Shown here piece by piece: positions 11,814 to 21,710 of a stretch of DNA of 40,281 bases. The notes below the pieces were generated by a model. It saw only the letters and a list, made by a program, of their open reading frames with translations, was not told the DNA's origin and did not search any database. The DNA comes from Spirogloea muscicola (Eukaryota), in NCBI GenBank assembly GCA_009602725.1, contig WELB01000024.1:733764-774044 (forward strand). The letters run 5' to 3'. The first letter of the stretch is position 1; each line of letters starts with the position of its first letter. The translations under genes were made by a program, and so were the position numbers.

Positions 11814-12099
11814 GTCGCCTCCATTCACATTGCCGTCGCTACCATGCCAGCTGCAGCCGCCGCTGCTGTTGCCGGCCGCTGGTGGCTCTCTGCTGGGCGC
11901 GCCAAGCAGCGGAGGCAATGTGCCGAAGTTCTGGCACCGCAAGCGGGCAGATCCGCCGGGCCTGAGGGCGCTAGCGAGGACTCGCTGGCTCGGGGCGGAG
12001 TGGGAAGCGGCGGCTGGGGGGGGGGGGTGGGCCAGGACCTCCGGCCTCGCGGTTGCCGTCCCTAGAGACGAGCGGCGGTCGGCGTGGGAGCCTTGGCCT

Positions 12100-12175
12100 G
12101 TCACACTCCACTTGCCGTTGTGCTTGCCTTTGTATTTGGCCACACATGGCCCTCCAAGTCTTAATTCACACGCAT
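12100..12175 (+). mobile_element. Solo 3'-UTR fragment of retrotransposon subfamily C
   Basis: TGTGCTTGCCTTTGTATTTGGCCACACATGGCC matches the reverse complement of 20347-20379, which lies in the 3' UTR of the long subfamily C element. Confidence 0.65.
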
Positions 12176-12317
12176 TTTTTCTCCACTCCGCACTCCGCAC
12201 TAGCTTGTACTCTTTTTTTGGTCAGCATCAGCCTTTGCTTGACCAGTGCAATGGCTTGATTTGGCCACCCCTTTCATTTCATGCGCTCTGCGCGTACTCT
12301 TACTCCGCACCCAACGT

Positions 12318-12828
12318 AAAAGAAGGAGCTCGCCCAATTCAAGAAATGAGCGGAACGGCGTAACAGAGAGGAACGGCGCGAGCTGTGCCGCCTTGGATTT
12401 AAAGGGAGGCCAAATAAAGCCAATACACACTGTTCTGGCAAAACCATGTGCAAAGACTCGGGCTACACGAAGCGAAGCCCTTGCCCAAGAGAAGAAATTG
12501 CTCGCCCACAGAGAAGAACACTTCGTGTGTTTGAAACAAACGAAGGCCAAGTATATAGGCAAGCACATCTTAAGACCTACAGAACCTACAGCAGATTGAC
12601 CCGCTCCGTAACCACGGGTCAAAAGATGAAGGTCGCTAACCGCTGACCACGGGTCAAAAGATGAAGGTCGCTAACCGCTGCCTGAATACTAGATGTCAGA
12701 TACGAAGCCCTTCTGCCACCAACTCGAGCTCGCCCAGCTTTCTGGTGCAAAGCGTTAGCCTGAGCACGCTGCAAACAGGCCGGGACTCGTCGTTGCACGA
12801 ACGCCAGATATGCAGCTGGCAAGCCCAT
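12318..12828 (-). mobile_element. 3' end of RLE-type non-LTR retrotransposon (subfamily C)
   Basis: Encodes MGLPAAYLAFVQRRVPACLQRAQANALHQKAGRA..QAAVSDLHLLTRG, homologous to 20420-20610; contains a 35-bp tandem duplication. The left boundary is approximate. Confidence 0.8.
12611..12680. repeat. Perfect 35-bp tandem duplication
   Basis: ACCACGGGTCAAAAGATGAAGGTCGCTAACCGCTG at 12611-12645 and 12646-12680. Confidence 0.95.
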
Positions 12829-13542
12829 CATGCAATGCACAGCATCCTGGTGGAGGCTGGCTTCGCGGTGGCAGCGGAGCACTCCGGCGTCATGCCGCTC
12901 CAGGCCAGGGCCGACGGTCTCCACGCTCGTCGCGTCGACCTGGTGGCCACCCCACAGGCCGGCGGGCCACGTCTGCTTCTGGATGTGGTGACTACCGACG
13001 CATTTGACCGCTCCCACCCAGCCCAGTCTGCCACCAAGGCTGGGTATGCGGTCGCCTGCGCCGCTCGGGCAAAAGAGATCAAGTACGCCGACCATCCACC
13101 GGAAGACGAGTTCTTCCCGTTGGCAATTGACATCCATGGGGCACTGGGCGCTCGGTGGCTTGAGCTACTTAACCAGCTCGCCCGCCACGCAATCGCCCGT
13201 CGCTTCCATGGTGAACCGGTAGACTTTCCTGCAGCCGGGTCGCTGGCGCAAGTGTATCGCATGCGCTTGGCCGTCTCGCTGCAGAGGTCCATGGCCCGTG
13301 CGCTGCACCTTCGTGCCGGGAGAGCCCTCGCTGCTGCCTCTGGCTCTGTCCAGGGGACCCACTTCCAGGACCCTAGCCTCTCTGATTTGCGGCTGCTTAG
13401 CAGGGGTTACTGAGTAATTTGTAGCTGCTTTCTTTCTTTGTGTGCTTTGGTTTCTTAGCGCTTCCTCTGGCTTCCTCTGGCCCCCTTCTCGTTCTTTGTT
13501 CATTCTTTTTTGGGCTGGCTTGTCCAGCCCCTATCCTCCCAT
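12829..13542 (+). mobile_element. RLE-type non-LTR retrotransposon (subfamily A): endonuclease domain in open frame plus 3' UTR
   Basis: EAGFAVAAE...RRVDLV...LLLDVVTTD...AARAKEIKY...FFPLAIDIHGALG...RLAVSLQR...SDLRLLSRGY* (stop 13413); PD-(D/E)xK-like restriction-like endonuclease layout seen in CRE-clade elements; hairpin GGGCTGG-CTTGT-CCAGCCC at 13512-13530. Confidence 0.88.
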
Positions 13543-13629
13543 CTCAGCCGGAAACACATCTGCACGTCATGTACAGCCTAGATTGGCATAATTCTAAAGG
13601 AGAGTGTGGAAACGAGGAACTAAACAGCA

Positions 13630-13772
13630 AAATTTGTCGACTGCCGCTGGCAGGAGCTGATCGCATTGGGATGATCGGAGTAGTGCTGCAGCTTACTTTG
13701 TTCTGCACCGCCCACTGCGTGGCCAGCGATGTGTGTCGATGCTGGACCTTCATACGCCCTTAACCACCACAA
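13630..13772 (-). mobile_element. Internal endonuclease fragment of subfamily C
   Basis: AYEGPASTHIAGHAVGGAEQSKLQHYSDHP matches AYKSSASTHIAGHAVGGAEQRKLRHYSDYP at ~20735-20825. Confidence 0.85.
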
Positions 13773-14361
13773 TCTTCCATGAGCAATTAAGTTACTCACT
13801 GAAGTATGCATGCATTCAAGAAAGATCTCAGGATAAATTCCCATCCAAATAACTCCCACTACAAAAGGAGCAAAACAAAGAAGCTCTCTTCTATTACAAT
13901 TTGAAAAGCGAGTACTGAAATTGGCTTTGTAATTTCCAAACACTACACTGTTGTATAATCAAAGAGAATATGCTGCACCCAAGATCATACCAAGCGCTGC
14001 TAATGTAGCAACTAAGTTATTGCTTTGAAAAGCACCTACCATGATAACAAATTCTCCCACAAAGCTACTAATTCCAGGCAAACTCAAATTTGCTAAAGTG
14101 AAACGGAGATAGATAATAGGAAGAATAGGCATAGTTGCTACCAAACCTCCGTAATACCGAAGCAAACGAGTTTTGTGACGATCATATAAAGCCTACACAC
14201 ATGAAAAAGTGCTGATGATACAAGCCCATGACTAAGCATAAGCAAGATACTTCCTTCATCCCTGCATATTGAGGCTAAACATACCAATGTTAACAACATT
14301 CATGTGTGCTACCGAAGAATAGGCAATTATCTTTTCAAAGTCAATATGTCTTATTGTTGTT
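13773..14361 (-). pseudogene. nad4: NUMT: 3' half of mitochondrial nad4, frameshifted
   Basis: AT-rich; translates to TTIRHIDLK..IAYSSVAHMN, YDRHKTRLLRYYGGLVATMP, ANLSLPGISSFVGEF, LGAAYSL*, GIYPEIFLECMHTSVSNL, with frameshifts and stops. Confidence 0.92.
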
Positions 14362-14475
14362 GTTACGCACCCCTTCGCAACTTTGTTCTGCTGTTTTCAT
14401 CAGAACAGCGTTCGACTTGCATGTATTAAGCATATCGCTAGCGTTCATTCTGAGCCAGGATCAGACTCTTTTTCT
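14362..14475 (-). rRNA. rrn18: NUMT fragment: 5' end (~110 nt) of mitochondrial SSU rRNA, non-functional
   Basis: Minus strand AGAGTCTGATCCTGGCTCAGAATGAACGCTAGCGATATGCTTAATACATGCAAGTCGAACG; 27F-like start and the plant-mitochondrial type GCTAGC..ATATGCTTAA segment; truncated and joined to nad4. AT-rich flank to ~14935 is probably also mitochondrial. Confidence 0.85.
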
Positions 14476-14949
14476 AGAATTAAACTAAGATTGAATTCGA
14501 ACCAAGTCTTCATCGGAAAGCAGCAAAATCAAATGATTTTCAATCGACCTTTATCTCCTCATTTGACTATTCATAAGCCACAGCTTACTTCCACTCTTTC
14601 TATTTTTTATAGGATTTCTGGAGCCTTTTCAGCTCTAACTATTCGCACTACAATTCTTTTTCTGAAAGTTTGTGATCTTAGTCTCTCATTTAATCCTTTT
14701 TATTCCTTTTTATTCCATTGCCTTGTATACCTTCCTTGGCTTTTACTCTTTGCAGTGAACTTTTACATGCACTCTTTTACCGTATGAGTAACGGAATTCG
14801 TCACTTATAATGGGACTTTGGTTTCTTCTTAAAATTGCGACAGGAATATCGTTCTGAAACTCTTATTATAATGTGTGCTCTTCATTGACTGTCTTGTGGA
14901 CTTCGCATTCTTTACTCATTAAAAATACAACATTACTATGAAGAGCAAT

Positions 14950-15185
14950 TTTTCCTGGGTTTCGACCAAGGCCCAAGAGAAGAGAGGCTGGCAAAGCCAG
15001 CCCAAAAAGAATGGACAAATGCAAAGAGCCAGAAAAACGTGCCGAAAAGAAAAGCTACACAGCTAGACACGAGACGATGCAAAGGAAAGCTCAGTACCCA
15101 TGGGTGAGCAGCAGCAAGTCCAAGTAACTCGCAGCTGGGCAAGAGGAGGGCTGAGGCCTCAGTGGAAGTACTACTGCAGGCGCCT
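14950..15185 (-). mobile_element. 3' end of related retrotransposon (subfamily E)
   Basis: Encodes SYLDLLLLTHGY* (stop 15091-15093) followed by a 3' UTR with TTGTCCATTCTTTTTGGGCTGGC-TTT-GCCAGCC. Confidence 0.75.
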
Positions 15186-15228
15186 CTAAGAGTGCAACTT
15201 GCTCCAGTTGCAATTGCAATCAGAAGAA

Positions 15229-15600
15229 ACTGAGCACCCATTTGAGTGGCGCCTCGCGTAGCTGCCTGGTTTGTGCTTTCCGCCCCCTTCTCAATTTGTC
15301 CAATCTTGTTGGGGTTGGCCTTTTGGACCGCTCTTTTTATGAAAGTACTTCCTCTGCAGAGCTATTTCTTCTTCCTAGCCACGCCAGGAAGAATTGGCCG
15401 CGCTTGCTTTTCACAAATCTCTCCCCCATTGAAAGAGCTGCTCTTTCTTTCACAGCTCTCGCCCCCTTCAGAAGAGCTGCTCTTTCCACATTACGCGTCC
15501 CTTTGGAAGAGATGCGTCTTCTTCCCTCTCACAGCCATTGCCCACTGTTTACGGAGGAACTTGTCTTCGGAGCCATCGCCCCCTCTAAACGAGAGACTCT
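15229..15600 (+). mobile_element. Retroelement 3' UTR with degenerate internal repeats
   Basis: Begins ACTGAGCACCCA (same post-stop sequence as the copy at 15714 minus); TTGTCCAATCTTGTTGGGGTTGGCC motif; units like CCCnTnGAAGAGCTGCTCTTTC at ~15425, 15463, 15499. Confidence 0.55.
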
Positions 15601-15885
15601 TCCAGTAGCGGACGATGGCTGCTGGCCAGCCCAGGAATAAGAAATCAAAAAAACTTCGAAGGGGTCAGAAAAGCGCTAAAGCACACAATGATACAGGTGG
15701 CCACTGGGTGCTCAATATCCCCTGTTGAGCAGCCGCAGCTCAGAGAAACTAGTCTCCGGGTAGCGGGTCCAAAGTCTGTAGCCAGAGGCTGCAGCCAAAG
15801 CGCGACTAGCACGCAGATGTAACACGTGTGCCATTGATCACTGCAGCGATACTGACAGGTGCATGCAATACATCTGGGCGAGAGA
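15585..15885 (-). mobile_element. 3' end of RLE-type retrotransposon (subfamily F), decayed
   Basis: SLAQMYCMHLSVSLQ*SMAHVLHLRASRALAAASG...SFSELRLLNRGY* (stop 15712-15714); 3' UTR matches 39460-39555. Confidence 0.85.
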
Positions 15886-16299
15886 GGGAAGGGTCAAAGA
15901 GAGACTGCCACATTGAAGTCGGCCGGCTCCCCCTTGGTAACATCGGGCTCTAGAAGAGCTTCTTCTCTCGTTTGCGCCAGCCTTTCACACTTTCTACCAC
16001 AGGCCCGCCCCCTGAAAAGAGCTCCCGAGAAAAGGTTCTGGTTTTCTTGTCAGTATCATGAGTGCGGCCTTTGTTGCAGGCCTCAGCGCAGGCCGACGGC
16101 TTCGCTAATGAGCAGAATATCTCTCAACTCCGTACTGGAAATTATATTGATGATGCAGGGCCCATACCGGACTCCAATAGAAGCTTGGGTCCCTGATGCC
16201 GTATCATGGAGGAAAATTTCGTGTATTTGAAACAGTCGAAGGCCAGTATGGCCAAGTACAGAGGTAAGCACATCTTATGACGTAGCAGCTAGCATCTAG

Positions 16300-16603
16300 C
16301 AGCTACTGGAGCTGCTAGTGGAGTGAGGCAGCAGCTGTGCCAGGAGGAATGGAGGGGTGGGGGGGGGAAGAGGGCTGGAAGTGCCACGATTGGGGCCTTG
16401 ACATTCTGTCCTGCTGGAGCTGCTAGAGGAGGAGTGAGGCAGCATCCATAGCAGGAGGGATGGGGGAGTGGGGAAGGATGGCCGGAAGTGCCGATGAGGG
16501 TCTTGTCGACCTGGCCTGGCAGCAGTGGCAGGATGAGGGATGGCGGAGGGGAAAGGGAGGGCCGGCTGCTAGAGGAGTGAGGCACCAGCAGTGGCAGGAG
16601 GAA
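16300..16603. repeat. Degenerate G/purine-rich tandem repeat (unit ~110-150 bp) running into an assembly gap
   Basis: GCTGCTAG..GGAGTGAGGCA recurs near 16310, 16418 and 16566; GGAAGTGCC recurs near 16377 and 16484. Confidence 0.7.
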
Positions 16604-17443
16604 NNNNNNNNNNNNNNNNNNNNNNNNNNNNNNNNNNNNNNNNNNNNNNNNNNNNNNNNNNNNNNNNNNNNNNNNNNNNNNNNNNNNNNNNNNNNNNNNN
16701 NNNNNNNNNNNNNNNNNNNNNNNNNNNNNNNNNNNNNNNNNNNNNNNNNNNNNNNNNNNNNNNNNNNNNNNNNNNNNNNNNNNNNNNNNNNNNNNNNNNN
16801 NNNNNNNNNNNNNNNNNNNNNNNNNNNNNNNNNNNNNNNNNNNNNNNNNNNNNNNNNNNNNNNNNNNNNNNNNNNNNNNNNNNNNNNNNNNNNNNNNNNN
16901 NNNNNNNNNNNNNNNNNNNNNNNNNNNNNNNNNNNNNNNNNNNNNNNNNNNNNNNNNNNNNNNNNNNNNNNNNNNNNNNNNNNNNNNNNNNNNNNNNNNN
17001 NNNNNNNNNNNNNNNNNNNNNNNNNNNNNNNNNNNNNNNNNNNNNNNNNNNNNNNNNNNNNNNNNNNNNNNNNNNNNNNNNNNNNNNNNNNNNNNNNNNN
17101 NNNNNNNNNNNNNNNNNNNNNNNNNNNNNNNNNNNNNNNNNNNNNNNNNNNNNNNNNNNNNNNNNNNNNNNNNNNNNNNNNNNNNNNNNNNNNNNNNNNN
17201 NNNNNNNNNNNNNNNNNNNNNNNNNNNNNNNNNNNNNNNNNNNNNNNNNNNNNNNNNNNNNNNNNNNNNNNNNNNNNNNNNNNNNNNNNNNNNNNNNNNN
17301 NNNNNNNNNNNNNNNNNNNNNNNNNNNNNNNNNNNNNNNNNNNNNNNNNNNNNNNNNNNNNNNNNNNNNNNNNNNNNNNNNNNNNNNNNNNNNNNNNNNN
17401 NNNNNNNNNNNNNNNNNNNNNNNNNNNNNNNNNNNNNNNNNNN
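16604..17443. other. Assembly gap (840 N)
   Basis: Run of n characters. Confidence 1.
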
Positions 17444-17687
17444 GCCGTCGCCGCCGGCGGCGGCGACGGCGGCGGCGCGAGCGGCGGGCGCGGGCGCCCA
17501 ACGGTCGGGAGCGGGGGGGGGGGTCAAAAGTGTATGGAGGGGTGATCTCCCCCGGTAAGTGTCCCCGGTTGGAACCGCTCCTCAGGCCTTTTTCATTTCC
17601 CTGGTCTCCTTCGGCTCATTCGCTGAGTCATTTGGTTCCTTGTCATGCCCAAAGCCTGAAGCGTCTGGCAAACCCCCATCCCTCAGC

Positions 17688-17709
17688 GACGTGGCCACTC
17701 TGACGTGGC
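17688..17709 (+). promoter_or_regulatory. Tandem ACGTGGC (ABRE/G-box-like bZIP) sites
   Basis: GACGTGGC at 17688-17695 and TGACGTGGC at 17701-17709, ~100-120 bp upstream of the ATG at 17808. Confidence 0.4.
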
Positions 17710-17807
17710 TACGCAGGACACCTTCTGCTGCTTGTCAAGCCAACCGGCTCTCCTTGCGACTGCGCGCCACCGCCACCGCCGCAGCCCGCGAGGTGCGGCG
17801 TGAGCTT

Positions 17808-19775
17808 ATGGCATCGCCGGCGGCACTGCACGCCGCCGGCGGCGCTGCCACCGGCCTTCACAGTCTTCTGGCCAGGCGTTGTGCCGCTCACTCTGCCCTC
17901 CAACCTAGCGCCCTGTTAGCACATCTGCGCCTGCCCAGGGCTCTCCGCGTCAGGAGGCCACCTTCTCTAGCGGGCCAGCCTCGGACCAATGGCTTGACGT
18001 GTCGAGCGGACGGTCGAAGCGACGGCGAGCGCGGCAACCGAACCCCGCTCAGTGTGAGGTTTGTCACTGGTCTGGTGTCAAGTGGGTGTTCTGTAAGGGC
18101 CACGACAAGTGCGACTCTTGGGGCAAGCGCCTGAAAGTGCGCTCGTTGCTTCCAGATAAGCCTTTTGTGTTATCTGCAACTTTCCAACCCTTGCTCTGTT
18201 CACCCTCCTGCAGCAAGGCAGCCAAGGTGAGGAGCGAGGTCACTGCACCGTTTCGGTCAGTGCGCATGTTCTTTTACCTGGCCTTCATTGCCAGCGGTAC
18301 ACTGGGAGGCCTCATTGCACTTAGCAGAGTCGTCGGAGCCTTGGCCGGCGCTCCCAATGCCGACCCTGTTACCGAAACCCTCAAGGGCCTCGCCATCGAC
18401 GTCGCTGCCGTTGTGGCATTTGGCTTGCTTTACAGGTGCTTCTTGAAGCCCTTCTCATTACACACCTTGTAGCTTGGTTGCAAGGACCAGGCGTTGACTG
18501 TGAACGCGATGATGGTCACAGGCTTGGCTGCCTGCTATTTGATTGTCTTGCAATGATGGTCACAGGCTTGGCTGCCTGCTATCTGATTGTCTTGCACGTC
18601 TGTAACAGGTCCGATGCTAAGGCTGGCAGGGCCTCCACAGCTCGGTTCTCCCGGGAAGAGAACCTTGCAAACCTCAGGCTTGAGTTTCCGGGCAAGAAGG
18701 TGCTGACTGTGGGCCAGCTACGAGGCAGCAGAAGGGTTATCCTCATAGGTGGATCATCCGAGCACGTACGACAGTCTCTAGCTGTAGCTGAACCTCTGAA
18801 GGAGGCCCTCATTGACCGGGGCGTGCTTGTAGTCCCGCTTCCAACTGATGGCTCAAATACAGTTGCCTCAGAAGGTCAGGCTCGCCCCCCGTGTGCCTGC
18901 AGTGCAGTGGAAATTGAAATGGTCATCGGACTCGCTTTAGATTTGGCAGGCCAGCCAACAAGCTGTGTGCGAGGCGGCGTGAAAGGGCAGCAGTTCTTAG
19001 ATTCTCGTACAACCTTTGCCTGACAGCTAGCAGTCTGTATTTGCAGAGACCTTTGACCGCGTAAACTCCCGTTTAGCTGGTGTGCCAATAATGGTGCAAC
19101 TAACGACATTGATTGTTTTTGATTGGCTATAGAGGTTGCAAAAGAAGGAGAATCATCTACACTTAGGAGATGGATAGCGTTCCCTATCTACACAGGAGAA
19201 TGGTTCAAGTAAGTTACTCGGTCTGAGCTGTGAAGACCTTCATTTATCAGTCATATGTATGTGCAGAGCTCATCAAGTCATCCGACCTTCTAACCTAACA
19301 TTCAGTACCACAAGCAAAGCCTTATTAAATCGAGATCACAAGAGCAACAAGAGCAACCACAGCAAGAGGTTTTTATTGAGATGTGGCACCGTATCCGAAC
19401 TGAATGTCCTCGTGAAATGGAGATGGGCAGCTAATAATTGTCATATTGGACTAGGTGGCTGGAGGAGCAAATGAAGTTTGCTAACTTGAAAGACGGAACA
19501 CCAGTGTGAGTTCCAGACATTGTATACCTACTTTGGTCGGAAATGCTTAATGCTTTATTGCAAGCTCAGTGCCTTGAGCACCTGCTAGTGCAACAGCAGT
19601 TCCCCACTTACTTTGTGTACTTCACACTTCTGTCAGATATATCTCCCTCAGATTGGATGGGCGAGTGAGAGGAAGTGGCGTAGGTCCTCCACCTTGGTCA
19701 AGGCTTGTGGCCCAGCTACCACCCATGAAAGGCATCTGGGCTGGAGCTTTGGATGGAATGGATGGTAGAGTGTGA
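17808..19775 (+). CDS. DUF3493 LOW PSII ACCUMULATION 1-like chloroplast protein without TPR domain (At4g28740-type paralog); 6 exons
   Basis: Exons ~17808-18058, 18214-18435, 18609-18874, 19133-19208, ~19455-19504, ~19638-19775. Transit-peptide-like N-terminus; RSEVTAPFRSVRMFFYLAFIASG, REENLANLRL, YLSLRLDGRVRGSGVGPPPW..LPPMKGIWAGALDGMDGRV*. Confidence 0.9.
18509..18596. repeat. 44-bp tandem duplication in an intron
   Basis: ATGATGGTCACAGGCTTGGCTGCCTGCTATYTGATTGTCTTGCA twice, one mismatch. Confidence 0.95.
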
Positions 19776-20029
19776 GTCGCTACGTCACATCTGCATTGAA
19801 GAACTAGCAAGGATTTACTTGCTTGGAACCAGAGGCCCGGTTGAGTCAAGCTCATCCAGATGAAATTGCAGCTGGATTGGCGACCTGCACAACCTCCGAA
19901 GGTCGCAATAGCAGCTCATTGAGCGCGCTTGCGGCCTCCAAATAACACCATCCAAGTAGCGAGAACCTTCGCGCTGATGCAAGTGATGGTGAAATGTGCT
20001 CTCTAAGGGGCACGGGGGCTGTGAAAGAA

Positions 20030-20110
20030 AGAAAGTGGGTCTCCCCAAAAGTGGGCAATGGCTGTAAACAGCCAGCCCGAAAACTATCGACAAGGTCTGA
20101 AGGGGCCGAA
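20030..20110 (-). mobile_element. Solo 3' UTR of a D-like retroelement
   Basis: GACAAGGTCTGAAG shared with 4304-4317; hairpin motif at 20060-20078. Confidence 0.6.
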
Positions 20111-20124
20111 CAGCAGCTGTTCCA

Positions 20125-20320
20125 GTGACTCGACCTGCTGGGCAGGCTGGCGCGGCGCTGTGTATCACGCAGGCGTGGTGAGCCGGCTGACTTCACGCCG
20201 CTGGCTCGTGGGCTCAGGTATATCGTATGCGATTGTTCGTCTCCCTTCAGCGGTCCATGGCCCACGCCTTGCATCTGCGTGCTGGCCGTGCTCTCGCTGC
20301 GGCTCCTGGCTTTTGTCAGG
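20125..20320 (+). mobile_element. Retrotransposon C-terminal coding fragment (A/D-like)
   Basis: *LDLLGRLARR..SRRRGEPADF..QVYRMRLFVSLQRSMAHALHLRAGRALAAAPGFCQ; truncated by the subfamily C element. Confidence 0.85.
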
Positions 20321-21710
20321 AGAGGACGTGTATAAAGAGATGGGGAGGCCATGTGTGGCCAAGTACAAAGGCAAGCACATTGACAAATGCACGTCACCCT
20401 GCTGCTAAGCCGACCCGCCCAGTAACCACGAGTCAGCACATAGAGGTCGCTAACTGATGCTCGGATACCGGATGGCAGTTGACAAGCTCTCGAATTACCA
20501 GCCAAGGCTCGACCAGCTTTCTGATGCAACGCATGAGCCTGAGCTCGCTGCAGACAAGCTGACACTCAATGTCGCAAAAATGACAGATAGGCAGCCGGCA
20601 TACCCACCTGGGCTGGAAGCATATCCTCGCGTAGTGCATATCCCAGACTCGCTATGTTCTCGAGTAGGGTATGGAAGCGAGGACCCAAGCAGCCAAAAGT
20701 GTCGATTGCGGCCGGGAGAAGGTGGTCGCTGCGGGGGTAGTCAGAGTAGTGTCGGAGCTTTCTCTGCTCAGCACCTCCCACTGCGTGGCCAGCAATGTGT
20801 GTGGAAGCGGAACTCTTGTATGCCTCAGTCACCACCACATCCACCAAGGCTCGTGGGCCTCCGCCAGGTTGTACACTCACAATGTCCAGGGTGCGACGGT
20901 GATGGCGACCCTGGGAATCCGTGGTGATGGGCATTACATTGCTTACTTCCACAATGGCGCGGTAGCCGGCGTCGCGCATCAAGCCCGCCAGGGCGTCTCG
21001 TAGGAGATTATGGACGCCCACCACCTCAGGGCCTGTGGGACACCGCAGCATGTGGGTGGCTAGGTCTCCGCCCTCCGCACGAAGGCCACACTCACACTGA
21101 GTTACTCCAATGAGGCAGGTCGGGGGCAGGCCCAGGAAGAGCTGGAGAAGCGTCCGGAATGCTCAGGGCTGATTTTGAAAGCGTTGTGGATTGCATGTGT
21201 GGTGAGCCAATCCGATGCCCCAGGCGTTGCGAGCGATGTGAGACGTGCCAGACTCTTTGGATTGGTCTTGATATCCGGCATCGTCCTCAACGCCTTGCGA
21301 CGCTCGTCCTCAGCTGCAGCAACGAGTCTGGCCTGTGCCGCTTTGTCTGGTGCTTGAGCAAGCGCTGAGAAGGGGTTGAGGAGGGGTTGTAGGGAGGGGA
21401 AGGAGCAGAGTGCTGACTCCCGGATGCTCCTCAATTGCACTTGGAATGCCAAGGAGCCTTCCTCCACCTCGGCTGCAGGGCCGGCCAGGCAAGGGAAGCG
21501 CAAGGGAAGAGAGGAGGCAACCTGGTGCCAGCAACCGAGAAAGGCTGCCTGCGCCGTCTGTTCAAGTGACCGGCAGCCCAGGCCGCCCACTCGTGTGGGA
21601 AGGGATGCCTGCAGGGAGGATGAAGGTGAGGGGAAGGATGGGTGTTGAATCAGGGAAGCCAGGGTTTGCAGGAGGGAGGTGTCGAACTCCTTGTACAGCT
21701 CGCCCACCAT
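20321..21710 (-). mobile_element. 5'-truncated CRE-like RLE non-LTR retrotransposon (subfamily C): post-RT region, CCHC knuckle, endonuclease, 3' UTR
   Basis: QASLPTRVGGLG..AQAAFLGCW (typical post-RT motif), ASDWL, CECG..ATHMLRC..HNLLRD, RRTLDIV..LVDVVVT..AEQRKLRHY..PAAIDTFGCLG; frameshift near 21160, premature stop at 20566-20568. Confidence 0.9.

Noticed and set aside
11383..12363. 326-aa plus-strand ORF
   Set aside because: Antisense to the transporter's first exons and running into repeat sequence.
14362..14475. Bacterial 16S rRNA gene or contamination
   Set aside because: Only ~110 nt, mitochondrial-type signature, fused to a decayed nad4 inside nuclear sequence.
15350..15600. CRISPR-like array
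   Set aside because: Units are degenerate, spacing is short and irregular, context is eukaryotic and there are no cas genes.
16289..17703. ORFs of 310-412 aa
   Set aside because: Artefacts of translating through the N gap.
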